Positions 1 to 8,745 are shown, counted from the stretch's first letter. The stretch is DNA of 32,000 nucleotides from Candidatus Kuenenia stuttgartensis (GCF_900232105.1 NZ_LT934425.1:2370001-2402000), one strand, 5' to 3'. Notes: generated by a model not told the origin, from the sequence alone. Numbers and translations are program-made.

Positions 1-623
1 CCTATCACGAAACCCCCGATGTGTGCCCACCACGCTACGCCGCCATCCCGGGTGTTTGCAATGGCCGCCGTACCATTAAAAAATTGTATGAAAAACCAGA
101 ATCCCAATACAATATACGCCGGCAATTCAAAGATAAACAAGAGCGGTAGCAAAACCAGCACACGCGCCCGCGGATAGCTTATCATGTAAGCACCCAATAC
201 ACCCGCAACCGCGCCACTTGCGCCAATACAAGGCACACCTGACTGGCGGTTAAAGGAAATATACACCACCGCTGAACCAATGCCGCAAATTAAGTAAAAA
301 ACCACGAAGCCGAAACGCCCCAATATGTCTTCGATATTATCTCCAAAAATCCACAAATACCACATATTACCTAAAAGATGAATAAGCCCGCCATGGAGGA
401 ACATGTAACTCAGGAAAGGGAAATATGTATTTGCCATATTCACCTCCGGGATATCCGCCGACTGGAAAATTTTGAGGGGAACTATGCCATAGGAGAAAAG
501 GAAATATGTTAAATTCCTTCCTAAAGAGAGTTCAAAAAGAAAGGTCAGTACGTTTATAAGGATAATAATAACCGTGATAAGCGGGAATGTTCCGGATGGA
601 TTTCGGTCTCGGATTGGTATCAT
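1..623 (-). CDS. Rhomboid-family intramembrane serine protease (3' end runs off the window start)
   Basis: Absent from the ORF track because no stop lies in the window. Hand translation of the minus strand from ATG 623-621 gives MIPIRDRNPSGTFPLITVIIILINVLTF...FLHGGLIHLLGNMWYLWIFGDNIED...CIGASGAVAGVLGAYM...WWAHIGGFVI. This shows the rhomboid HxxxN, GxSG (catalytic Ser) and AHxGG (catalytic His) motifs. The frame stays open to base 1. Confidence 0.85.
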   Translation of the reverse strand, partial: MIPIRDRNPSGTFPLITVIIILINVLTFLFELSLGRNLTYFLFSYGIVPLKIFQSADIPEVNMANTYFPFLSYMFLHGGLIHLLGNMWYLWIFGDNIEDILGRFGFVVFYLICGIGSAVVYISFNRQSGVPCIGASGAVAGVLGAYMISYPRARVLVLLPLLFIFELPAYIVLGFWFFIQFFNGTAAIANTRDGGVAWWAHIGGFVI

Positions 624-680
624 TTGTTTTTTGGCCGAAATGGTAAAAATTCATCTCTTAAAAAACTATACTCTTTTGTT

Positions 681-806
681 GTAACTATTCAGCGTAAACA
701 ATACACGTCTCGTTCCAAACCTTGTACTGAGCATAGTGAAGTATCTGTTTGGGAACGAGTTGCGCTCTGATCTCTTGTAGTTTAATAAATTACGCTGAAT
801 AGTTAC
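681..806. mobile_element. MITE-like 126-bp element with perfect 17-bp terminal inverted repeats and an 8-bp flanking direct repeat
   Basis: GTAACTATTCAGCGTAA (681-697) is the exact reverse complement of TTACGCTGAATAGTTAC (790-806). CTTTTGTT abuts both ends (673-680 and 807-814). An inner inverted repeat pairs CTCGTTCCAAAC (709-720) with GTTTGGGAACGAG (747-759), leaving a 1-nt bulge. There is no ORF inside. Confidence 0.6.
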
Positions 807-852
807 CTTTTGTTACTGAAATAACTTCTCAATAAGTTTAGATTTTAGCAAT

Positions 853-919
853 AATTTCTATAGTCCACACTCTGCAATTTGCCGACGGTAGATTGCAGTG
901 TGCTGACTATATAGAAATT
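853..919. repeat. Long imperfect inverted repeat (hairpin) 60 nt downstream of the amidase gene
   Basis: AATTTCTATAGTCCACACTCTGCAAT (853-878) pairs with ATTGCAGTGTGCTGACTATATAGAAATT (892-919). About 24 bases pair in blocks of 10, 3, 5 and 6 with small bulges. The loop is TTGCCGACGGTAG. No U-run follows on either strand. Confidence 0.5.
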
Positions 920-979
920 CCCCATTAAAAAAGGAAGCAAAACAGTGGAGTTGTTTACATAAATTTATTTAGAAGTTAC

Positions 980-1600
980 TTACTGAAAGGTATTGGCAAG
1001 CAGTTTGTAATAGGGGAAATTCCGTCCAGGGCAATCGGTTTGTTTGCAGTGCCTGTGCATAAGAACATTATCAGTAGGGATGTGACAACGTTCCTGTATG
1101 TATTCCACTAATGCGGAAAGTGATTTCATCTGTGCTTGCGTAGGATACGTTTTATTAAAATTCCCTACCAGACATATTCCTACGCCAAATTGGTTATATT
1201 CCTTTATCCCTGCGTGTGCACCATCTATCTGCCTTTTCCATCTATCACCCATTTCAATTTCACCATCGCCGGAACCCTTTCCATTTCCTATAACAAAATG
1301 GTATCCCAACCCGTTTTGCCATCCGCGCGATTGCCGGTGATATTTATCAAATTCTTCAGCGCTTCCGGTATCGGATGCGCTGTGATGGACAACAATGTAC
1401 TTCCAGTCGCGAACAAAACAACGTTCCAATTGGTTTTTAATATCGCTGCTCAGGTAGAAGTCCAATTTTTTTTCAGGTAGTTTCGCGCTTGGTTTCATAA
1501 TAGTCGATGTTGGTGGAATTGTTGGTGGAGAATAACATCCGCTCATGAAATAAAGAAGGGGGAAAAACATGCAAATACTCATTTTTTGCCAAAAAAGCAT
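980..1600 (-). CDS. N-acetylmuramoyl-L-alanine amidase (Amidase_2/AmpD-PGRP type), predicted lipoprotein
   Basis: 206-aa ORF containing WKYIVVHHSASDTG, GYHFVIGNG, DGAHAG, VGICLVGNF and HRHCKQTDCPG, typical of zinc amidase_2 domains. The N-terminus MLFWQKMSICMFFPLLYFMSGC has a lipobox-like cysteine. AGGAG sits 7-8 nt upstream of ATG 1600. Confidence 0.85.
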   Translation of the reverse strand: MLFWQKMSICMFFPLLYFMSGCYSPPTIPPTSTIMKPSAKLPEKKLDFYLSSDIKNQLERCFVRDWKYIVVHHSASDTGSAEEFDKYHRQSRGWQNGLGYHFVIGNGKGSGDGEIEMGDRWKRQIDGAHAGIKEYNQFGVGICLVGNFNKTYPTQAQMKSLSALVEYIQERCHIPTDNVLMHRHCKQTDCPGRNFPYYKLLANTFQ

Positions 1601-1849
1601 TATAATTCTCCTAATAAATGTTTAACACTTGCATGCAACAATGAGTAAATCTTATAATCAGCGGGGATTATAACAAATGAAAGCCTTTTGTCAAATAACA
1701 AATATGGAGGTATTTTGTTATCTCCAGTAGCCCCATGATACGGTATATTGGGGCGTGAAAGACTACCCATGAGGGGATGTAGACCAATCACTACAATATG
1801 TAGTTGGAACTGGAGCCAACAGAGTACCCCTATTTTAAGGAATGAATGG

Positions 1850-2265
1850 ATGCAAATAATTAACCAGGTAGATTTAAAAAGAATGTTAAACATCATAGAA
1901 AAACCCCTTTTCTTTAGCAACTTATCAATGCAGGGAAAAAATAGAATGGTATGTCTGAATTCGCATTTTATCATTTTTCAAAAGTGAGAATACCTTGTTC
2001 GGAGGGAGACATGGATTCCGCATTTTTTATCTTACTCTCCGGCAAAGTGTAGGTGGTTAAAGGAACAAGTTCATATACAATTGCAGGGCGGTCTTCTGGC
2101 GTTTTTTTTGGAGAAATATCAATTCTCATCAAGACCCCAAGAACCGCTACTATTATTGCGGATGATACCGTTCTTGTGGTTAAAGTTAATAAAGAAATGT
2201 TTGATTCATTAGGGACGAGTATCCGCGATAAAATCAAAGATAGTATTATCATGAGGCTGGCATAA
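1850..2265 (+). pseudogene. Cyclic-nucleotide-binding (CAP/Crp-type cNMP) domain protein, disrupted
   Basis: Frame A reads MQIINQVDLKRMLNIIEKPLFFSNLS...HFIIFQK, then TGA (1985-1987), then EYLVR. The frame then shifts by 1 nt at about 2000-2002 to give EGDMDSAFFILLSGKV. TAG (2050-2052) follows, then VVKGTSSYTIAGRSSGVFFGEISILIKTPRTATIIADDTVLVVKVNKEMF. Read through the lesions, this is a canonical cNMP-binding beta-barrel (FxKGE..EGD...ILSGKV..FGE..L...PRTAT). Confidence 0.6.
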
Positions 2266-2487
2266 CGCATTCAACGTTTAAATAATATATTGCTGATTAC
2301 GGAGTTTGATTCCAGAGGAATTCGAAAAGAGGTCAAAATTGCCGGAAGTAAGAACGAAGAATCTTCTCAAACCCAAGCATAAAACAGTTCATAGTGTCTA
2401 CATTTATATATTTTTCTTTCCTCTTAAAGCGGCATTGTTTTAGATAAAAACAGCCAACGGAAGTAGTTTTCACACATTAAATAAAAC

Positions 2488-2516
2488 TTGACAGTATACC
2501 TTGATTAATATAGCAT
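2488..2516 (+). promoter_or_regulatory. Candidate sigma70-type promoter upstream of hpnH
   Basis: Consensus -35 TTGACA at 2488-2493, a 17-nt spacer, then TAGCAT at 2511-2516 (4/6 match to TATAAT). It lies about 70 nt upstream of the hpnH ATG. Confidence 0.25.
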
Positions 2517-2587
2517 TTTTGCTTATGAATTTTCACCTGACTGGCGTACCTTTTTAAAACCTACTATGGAACGGAGCACATGCAACA

Positions 2588-3583
2588 ATGAGGGTTTCAC
2601 TGGCTTTAAGCCTTTCTTTGACAAAATATTTGATTAAAAACAGGTTGTTATTTAAAAAAAGATTTCCTCTCGTATTAATGCTGGAAGTAACCCATCTCTG
2701 CAATCTTGCCTGCGAAGGATGTGGCCGTATTCTGGAATACCATGATACCATGCGTGAAATGTTAAGCGTTGGGGAGTGTATGCAGGCGATTCATGAGTGC
2801 CCGACCCCGGTGGTTACCATAACAGGGGGAGAGCCGCTTATGCATCCGGAAATAGACAAAATTATCTCCGGGATAATAAAGGAGAAACGGCACGTTTATT
2901 TATGCACTAACGGAATATTATTAGTCGATGCTTTAAAAAAACTGAAACCGCACAAATATCTCAATATTAATGTTCATATAGACGGGCTTGCGGAAACGCA
3001 TGACAAAATAGCAGGCAAAGGAATATTCGACCGGGCGACAAACGCCATCAGGGAAGCAAAAAAAGCAGGCTTTAAAGTCTGTACAAATACTACTATATTT
3101 AAAGATACCAGCGAAAAAGAAATTGTGGAATTATTTTCATTTTTGCAGGGACTTGGCGTTGACGGCATGCTGGTTTCTCCTGGTTATGGATTCGAACACA
3201 ATGAAAATGCAATTTTTCTTTGTCAAAAGGAAATAGAAGAACGATTTGGGTTTATTTATGGTATTTCAAAAAAATACAAAATATTAAATTCGCCCCTCTA
3301 TTTGAAATTTTTAAAAGGGGAAAGGACATTGAAATGTACGCCCTGGGGTAATCCTACCCGTAATTATTCAGGATGGAAAAGCCCCTGTTATCTTATCACG
3401 AACACACATTATAAAACCTTTGATGAGTATATGAAACAAACTGATTGGGAAAAATACCAGGAAGGACGAGACCCGCGCTGTGAAAATTGCATGATGCATT
3501 GTGGTTTCGAACCAACGGTCGTGCTGGAAGGGGGAAAACGCTTGTCAGACATTTATGAAATGGCAAAATGGGGGCTTAGTTAA
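2588..3583 (+). CDS. hpnH: Hopanoid-biosynthesis radical SAM protein HpnH (adenosylhopane synthase)
   Basis: 331-aa ORF. FPLVLMLEVTHLCNLACEGCGRILEY carries the CxxxCxxC radical-SAM cluster in the context typical of HpnH. There is a C-terminal Cys-rich tail (RCENCMMHCGFEP). The gene is convergent with shc. Confidence 0.85.
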   Translation: MRVSLALSLSLTKYLIKNRLLFKKRFPLVLMLEVTHLCNLACEGCGRILEYHDTMREMLSVGECMQAIHECPTPVVTITGGEPLMHPEIDKIISGIIKEKRHVYLCTNGILLVDALKKLKPHKYLNINVHIDGLAETHDKIAGKGIFDRATNAIREAKKAGFKVCTNTTIFKDTSEKEIVELFSFLQGLGVDGMLVSPGYGFEHNENAIFLCQKEIEERFGFIYGISKKYKILNSPLYLKFLKGERTLKCTPWGNPTRNYSGWKSPCYLITNTHYKTFDEYMKQTDWEKYQEGRDPRCENCMMHCGFEPTVVLEGGKRLSDIYEMAKWGLS

Positions 3584-3685
3584 GAAAATGGTAATAAAAA
3601 ATTTTGTTAACTGGCCGCAATCTGCAATTTGCCGAGAGCACAGTCTTCCCATTAGTAAAGGGATCAATGGGATGTTTACCTCAAG

Positions 3686-5767
3686 TTATTGAGAAGTTGC
3701 CAATTTATGAGTAAAGTGGCGATATCTTCCCAGCGCCATTAGTGGAAAATAGTTGCGATACATGTGGTATTTCAAATAAAAGACTTTGGGAAAACCTGTT
3801 GCCGTAAATTCTCTCTCATCCCAGCTACCGTCTTCTTTTTGAGTGGACAAAAGAAAATCTATTCCTCTCTCTGTGGAAGACGATTTTATTTCGCCGGCAG
3901 TAATCAGGGTCAGTAATGCCCAGGCTGTTTGAGAAGGAGTGCTTTTGCCTATTCCTTTTAATGCACTGTCCTCATACGATTTTATTGTTTCTCCCCAGCC
4001 GCCATCCGAGTTCTGTACACTCTTCAGCCAGGCAATTGCCTTTTTAATGTATGCCTTATTAATATCTTCACCAACCGCTATCAGCCCGGAAATCACAGAC
4101 CATGTACCATAAATATAATTTGAACCCCAACGCCCAAACCATGAACCGTCTTCATCCTGCTCTTTTTTCAGAAATTCAACAGCTTTTTTGATATTTAAAT
4201 ATGTCTTATTAAATCCGATACGGCCAAAAAATTCTATACATCTGCCTGTTACATCGCTGGTGCTTGGGTCAAGAAGCGCATTAAAATCGGCAAAGGGTAT
4301 ATTATTCAAAATCGTTTTATTATTGTTGCGGTCAAACGCCCCCCATCCTCCGTCATCGCATTGCATAGCCTGCAGCCATCGTAAGGCGCGTAAAAGAGTT
4401 TTTTCTTTATGCATGTCTTCTGGAAGAGAGACCCTCTGCAATGCCATGAGCACCGCGCCGGTATCATCAGTATCGGGATAAAATTCATTCGCATATTGAA
4501 AATACCACCCGCTCGGTTCCTCAACCTTACACTTTAATTTCCAATCACCAAAATCCCTGACTTCCTTGCTCAATAACCATTTACCTGCTTTTTGCAGAAC
4601 AGGGTGAGACCCTGGAATACCAGAATCATTCATTGCAATAATGGACCATGCAGTGTCCCATACCGGAGATACGCACGGTTGCAAATAAAGCATATCGCCT
4701 TCATAGATAACCAGCGCTTCCACCTCTTTCATCTGTGCGGTCAAAGCGGGGTGATCATCCGGATAATCAAGGCACTTCATGGCAAAAATCGAATTAATCA
4801 TTGCCGGCCAGATAGCCCCTAATCCGCCCGATTTTTCCATATGTTCAAGCAACCATTTTTCAGCCATCTTCTTCGCAATTCTCCGGATGAATTTAATGGG
4901 ATGCTGCTCATACCGGCGGAAGATACTATCCGCATCAATAAAAAAGTTGTACCAGCAAAACCCATCCTGATCCCTTTCTATACGATATACGACGTCTTCA
5001 CGCGGGACAAGATACAACTCCTTCAGCAAATCATCGCCTACGGTAACATGTGGTTTCCTGGCGATGGCAATAGAAAGGGGAACGACAATACATCTTGACC
5101 AGTAGGATATTTCATAAATACTAAAATAAAATCCTGCGGGGAACAAAATCATTTCTACCGGAACGGCAGGCACCGCCTGCCAATCAACCTGGCCAAACAT
5201 GGCAAGATAAATTTTGGTAAAGCAATTGGCGTTCATGATTCCACCCATGCCAAGGATGCATTCTTTCGCTTTTTTCATGAATGATTCATTTTCCGAATAT
5301 CCCGCTAATTTTAATGCAAAATATGCTTTTACCGATGCGCTGATCTCACTTGCTCCGCCATAATAAATATTCCAACCCCCGTCGGTCAGTTGCTGTTTCA
5401 GGAGAAATGCGACAGCCTTACCCTGTTTTTCATAATCTACCCTATTAAGAAAATGCATCAGCATAATGTATTCGGACGTCAATGTGGTATCTGCCTCCAA
5501 AATCCCTACCCAGTGACCATCCGTTATATTTTGCTGATTGATGAGATATCTCTGCGCCCTGTCTATCGAATCATCCAAAGGGTTCTCTGTTTTCTGCGTT
5601 GTAGATGCAGTTGTTCTGAAGTAAGTATTTTCCAAACTCAATTCATGCTTAATCAACTCTGGAATAGGATGTTTTCCATTGCCGTTTCCATTTCCATTTC
5701 CATTTCCATTAAATTTGTGTACAGTTGTCTCGAACCGTTCTAATAGATTTAATAGAAAATTTCTCAT
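3686..5767 (-). CDS. shc: Squalene-hopene cyclase
   Basis: 693-aa ORF with the DxDD catalytic motif (YPDTDDTGAVLMAL) and repeated QW motifs (QQLTDGGWNIY, QCDDGGWGAF, QDEDGSWFGRWG, QNSDGGWGE, QKEDGSWDE). GGAGG lies upstream of ATG 5767. The N-terminal extension is unusual and contains a GN repeat. Confidence 0.95.
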   Translation of the reverse strand: MRNFLLNLLERFETTVHKFNGNGNGNGNGNGKHPIPELIKHELSLENTYFRTTASTTQKTENPLDDSIDRAQRYLINQQNITDGHWVGILEADTTLTSEYIMLMHFLNRVDYEKQGKAVAFLLKQQLTDGGWNIYYGGASEISASVKAYFALKLAGYSENESFMKKAKECILGMGGIMNANCFTKIYLAMFGQVDWQAVPAVPVEMILFPAGFYFSIYEISYWSRCIVVPLSIAIARKPHVTVGDDLLKELYLVPREDVVYRIERDQDGFCWYNFFIDADSIFRRYEQHPIKFIRRIAKKMAEKWLLEHMEKSGGLGAIWPAMINSIFAMKCLDYPDDHPALTAQMKEVEALVIYEGDMLYLQPCVSPVWDTAWSIIAMNDSGIPGSHPVLQKAGKWLLSKEVRDFGDWKLKCKVEEPSGWYFQYANEFYPDTDDTGAVLMALQRVSLPEDMHKEKTLLRALRWLQAMQCDDGGWGAFDRNNNKTILNNIPFADFNALLDPSTSDVTGRCIEFFGRIGFNKTYLNIKKAVEFLKKEQDEDGSWFGRWGSNYIYGTWSVISGLIAVGEDINKAYIKKAIAWLKSVQNSDGGWGETIKSYEDSALKGIGKSTPSQTAWALLTLITAGEIKSSSTERGIDFLLSTQKEDGSWDEREFTATGFPKVFYLKYHMYRNYFPLMALGRYRHFTHKLATSQ
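5675..5710 (-). repeat. In-frame hexanucleotide tandem repeat encoding (Asn-Gly)6 inside shc
   Basis: The plus strand reads TCCATT GCCGTT TCCATT TCCATT TCCATT TCCATT. Four units are perfect and tandem and two are related. On the minus strand this translates as NGNGNGNGNGNG (aa 20-31 of SHC). Confidence 0.9.
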
Positions 5768-6105
5768 TCTTTTTGAAAACCTCCAATGTACTATTTCATT
5801 ACGATTAAATTTTCAAGTAAACTATACACTGTCACACAAATAAACAGGTGATAAGTTATATAGTATAAATGAAACATTCCTTTTTTTCTGTTAGTCGGGC
5901 AATTATACCGCACGTTAAAAAACATTAAGCGCGGATTAGGCAGTGGCTATAAATAACAAATTTAAATCGTAATTTCAAGTAAAACTTGCTTTAGATATGT
6001 GCTTTTTATAAGATGGTTTACCAACTTTTTTCATGCCATATTTTATTATTACTTTGCATTAAAGCCTGAAGAGATATTTTTTCCCATTTACAAAACTGAA
6101 AATGT

Positions 6106-7047
6106 ATGACACTGCTGATATATGACAATATATACCTGGAACATGATACCGGTATTGGACACCCTGAAAATGCCAGGCGGATAGAAAATACCATTAAATA
6201 TCTGGAGTCCGATAATTTTTTGGCGCACGTAACGATAGAAAAGCCCCGTGCGGCGTTACCTGAAGAAATAGGCTTTATCCATCCAAAAACGTATATCAGT
6301 ACCATTCAACAAATTGCTGATTCCGGCGGCGGCTGGTTAGATGGTGATACTGCCGTGTCCGGCCATTCATACAATGTCGCATTATATTCCGCAGGAGCAG
6401 CCCTCACCGCGATAGATTTAATTATGAAAGGAGAGGCAAAAAATGCTTTTTGCCTTGTTCGCCCACCCGGACACCATGCGACCCCTGACAGGGGTATGGG
6501 ATTCTGCCTTTTTAACAATGTTGCCATTGCGGCAAGATACCTGCAGAAAAATTACCAACAGAAAAGGATTCTTATAATCGACTGGGATGTTCATCATGGA
6601 AATGGCACGCAGGATGCATTTTATGTTGACCCTACGGTAATGTACTTTTCAATGCACCGCTATCCATTCTATCCCGGGACTGGGGCAGAAGATGAAACAG
6701 GCGAGGGAAATGGAAAAGGGTTCAATATCAATATACCATTGTCTATGGATACTCACCCCCAAAAGTACATTGAATTGTTTTCCGGGGTAATAGAAGGCAG
6801 CGTAAACAGATTTGCGCCGGAATTCATCATTTTATCTTCAGGTTTCGATGCATACAAAAAAGACCCCATTGGCGGTTTAAACCTTGAGACAGAGCATTTT
6901 TATACATTAACTGAAATCGTTGTGGAAGCGGCGGAAAAACATTGCGGCGGTAAGCTTTTATCCTGTTTGGAGGGAGGATATCATTTATCCGGTTTACCCT
7001 TATGTATCGAAGCCCACCTCAAAGGATTGCTGAAGATTAACTCATGA
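6106..7047 (+). CDS. Histone deacetylase-family (arginase-deacetylase fold) protein, AcuC/acetylpolyamine amidohydrolase-like
   Basis: 313-aa ORF with HPENARRI, LVRPPGHHA, DWDVHHGNGTQ, the SSGFDAYKKDP motif and LEGGY, which are the HDAC-family catalytic and zinc-ligand motifs. Confidence 0.85.
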   Translation: MTLLIYDNIYLEHDTGIGHPENARRIENTIKYLESDNFLAHVTIEKPRAALPEEIGFIHPKTYISTIQQIADSGGGWLDGDTAVSGHSYNVALYSAGAALTAIDLIMKGEAKNAFCLVRPPGHHATPDRGMGFCLFNNVAIAARYLQKNYQQKRILIIDWDVHHGNGTQDAFYVDPTVMYFSMHRYPFYPGTGAEDETGEGNGKGFNINIPLSMDTHPQKYIELFSGVIEGSVNRFAPEFIILSSGFDAYKKDPIGGLNLETEHFYTLTEIVVEAAEKHCGGKLLSCLEGGYHLSGLPLCIEAHLKGLLKINS

Positions 7048-7509
7048 TGAAAAATACTTCTTCCCACGCGAATATTGTCAGTCTTCCAAACGGGCCGTTT
7101 GTGTTAACCCATTTGCGTGTGTTACTGGGATTTAAAAGATGCATCCTCTTATATTAACGGAGACGTTCCTACCCGGAAATTTTAAAAAACCGGACTTATC
7201 CCTTTAACCCCGGATATTAACTCATATATCTACGAAGAACTCAAAAAACTCCGGATAACCCTTTTGTTCGGGCATAAGAGTTGTGCCGTACCATGTCCAT
7301 GTCTGCAGTTGATGAAATATCTCTTAAAGATATGGGAAGCATACAGCAAGCAGGCGCAAATACTCATATTGGTAATTAAGGAAAATATTTGCGTTTTAAA
7401 AACTGTTACGCTATCATTGCCAACGCTATTTGTGCAAGGGGTCTGAGAGAGACCATTCTATACAGTCTGTTTTTTTACTAACACACTTACAAAGAAAGCG
7501 AGGCATACC

Positions 7510-8058
7510 ATGGATACAACTGTCTTTAAAAAAGGCGAACCAATAGCACAAGAGGGCCATTTTACCTACTATGTGTACAGAATCCTGGAGGGAGAAGCAC
7601 AGTTACTAAAAAATATAAACGGCAGGGAAGTTCCTATATTGAAACTGGGAAAAGGAGCGGTTATCGGGAAACTCTCTTGTTTAGAGGAAAAAAGAAGGCT
7701 GGCGTCTACAATAGCCATTACCGATGTAAAGGCGGAGGTCATATCAAAAGAAGAGTTCATAAAAACACTTAATGAACTCCCCACGGAGATACATTCATCT
7801 ATGCGTGAACTCGCCTTTTTGCTTTCTGGTCTATCAAGTGTGGTAGGTCAGCTTATTTATTACCGTAACAGCATGGAGGGCAAGGATTTGAGCACATTGA
7901 GCCTGAAAAGTGTTTCGGGGCAACTTGATAAAGCGCCTGAAAGTATAAAGATGGTGTATAAGTCATTAATAGATGATATAATTAATAATTATGCCAAATG
8001 CGGGGAGACATTAAATGAAATACTTCGGAAGCTTGACGGCCTTAAAGAAGGTATTTAG
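7510..8058 (+). CDS. cNMP-binding-like domain protein with a C-terminal helical region
   Basis: 182-aa ORF. The N-terminal part, FKKGEPIAQEGHFTYYVYRILEGEAQLLKNINGREVPILKLGKGAVIGKLS...RRLASTIAITDVKAEVISKEEF, follows the CAP-type beta-barrel pattern, but the cNMP-contacting FGE/RSA positions are degenerate. Confidence 0.55.
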   Translation: MDTTVFKKGEPIAQEGHFTYYVYRILEGEAQLLKNINGREVPILKLGKGAVIGKLSCLEEKRRLASTIAITDVKAEVISKEEFIKTLNELPTEIHSSMRELAFLLSGLSSVVGQLIYYRNSMEGKDLSTLSLKSVSGQLDKAPESIKMVYKSLIDDIINNYAKCGETLNEILRKLDGLKEGI

Positions 8059-8247
8059 CTTTATTACATGTGGAACTAACGTTCCCGGTTACTAAGTCAA
8101 GGCATAGATTCTTAATATCAACACCATTCCTTTCTTTTTATAAAATTCACAAAAACTTCATGGTTTCATCCTGTTTTTGGCTTTGGTTTTCCAAATCCGG
8201 AAGCCCGTTTATCGATGAAAACAGGGACAGCGACTATTTATCATTAA

Positions 8248-8745
8248 CAAGTCTGGGTAAAATGGTTATGTGTTTATTTTATACCACGAATTGCAAGCAC
8301 TGTAGCCTCCGGATATCCACATCATGTAACTCAAAGAGGGAACTATCAACAGCCGGTTTTTGAAGATGAATCAGATTTCAGGCAATATCTTCAATGGCTA
8401 CAGGAATACAGTACAAAATACCCCTTAAAAATTTGGGCATATTGTCTTATGACTAATCATGTTCATTTTGTTTGTGTACCTGAGAAAGAGGATTTACTTG
8501 CACGCACATTTAATACACTGCATATGAGATACTCACAGTATTTCAATCAGAAAAGAAAATTGAAAGTACACCTCTGGCAGGGTAGATTTTACTCTTGTAT
8601 CCTTGATGAAAGACATTTGCGGGCAGTTATGTGAATAAGAGGCAAATCCTATTTTGTCTCAAGATTGTTATCTGGGAAAAGAGATAGACGATTGGTCATA
8701 ATATTTAAAGGAAAAAGAGGAAGAACAAGCCATAGAGAACCTAGC
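8248..8745 (+). pseudogene. RayT/IS200-type Y1 (HUH) transposase, copy 1, 5' portion (decayed)
   Basis: Frame reads ...YFIPRIASTVASGYPHHVTQRGNYQQPVFEDESDFRQYLQWLQEYSTKYPLKIWAYCLMTNHVHFVCVPEKEDLLARTFNTLHMRYSQYFNQKRKLKVHLWQGRFYSCILDERHLRAVM*. This is the COG1943/Y1_Tnp pattern and includes the HUH motif HVH. No start codon is in frame, because of a 2-nt indel relative to copy 2 at about 8271. The expected RYIERNPV segment (catalytic Tyr region) is missing. Homology resumes in another frame as PILSQDCYLGKEIDDWS*YLKEKEEEQAIENL. Confidence 0.75.

Noticed and set aside
1985-1987. TGA at a conserved Gly position, raising the possibility of UGA=Gly recoding (genetic code 25)
   Set aside because: Other genes here terminate at TGA (the deacetylase at 7045-7047 and the Mo-enzyme at 15641-15643), and all long ORFs lack in-frame TGA. 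The same gene also has a frameshift and a TAG, so it is a pseudogene lesion.
1600-2270. Minus-strand ORFs 1600..1974 (124 aa) and 1971..2270 (99 aa)
   Set aside because: They are antisense to clear cNMP-binding-domain homology on the plus strand and show no recognisable motifs. The TAATG stop/start overlap of 1600..1974 with the amidase gene is suggestive, so a short real ORF at 1603-1770 cannot be fully excluded.
871-3635. Exact 15-mer TCTGCAATTTGCCGA shared by two intergenic regions (871-885 and 3621-3635), and recurrent CTGCAAT in other hairpins
   Set aside because: In 32 kb on both strands, about one exact 15-mer match is expected by chance (about 1e9 position pairs against 4^15). A 7-mer is expected about four times. 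The flanks do not align.
7047-7157. 36-aa ORF starting at the TGATG overlap with the deacetylase stop codon
   Set aside because: There is no SD and no recognisable sequence features, and the ORF is too short to separate from chance.
7170-7256. Four CCGGA(A/C/T) motifs spaced 17, 20 and 41 nt apart downstream of the deacetylase gene
   Set aside because: The 5-mer core is too short, the spacing is irregular, and there is no dyad symmetry or extended similarity.
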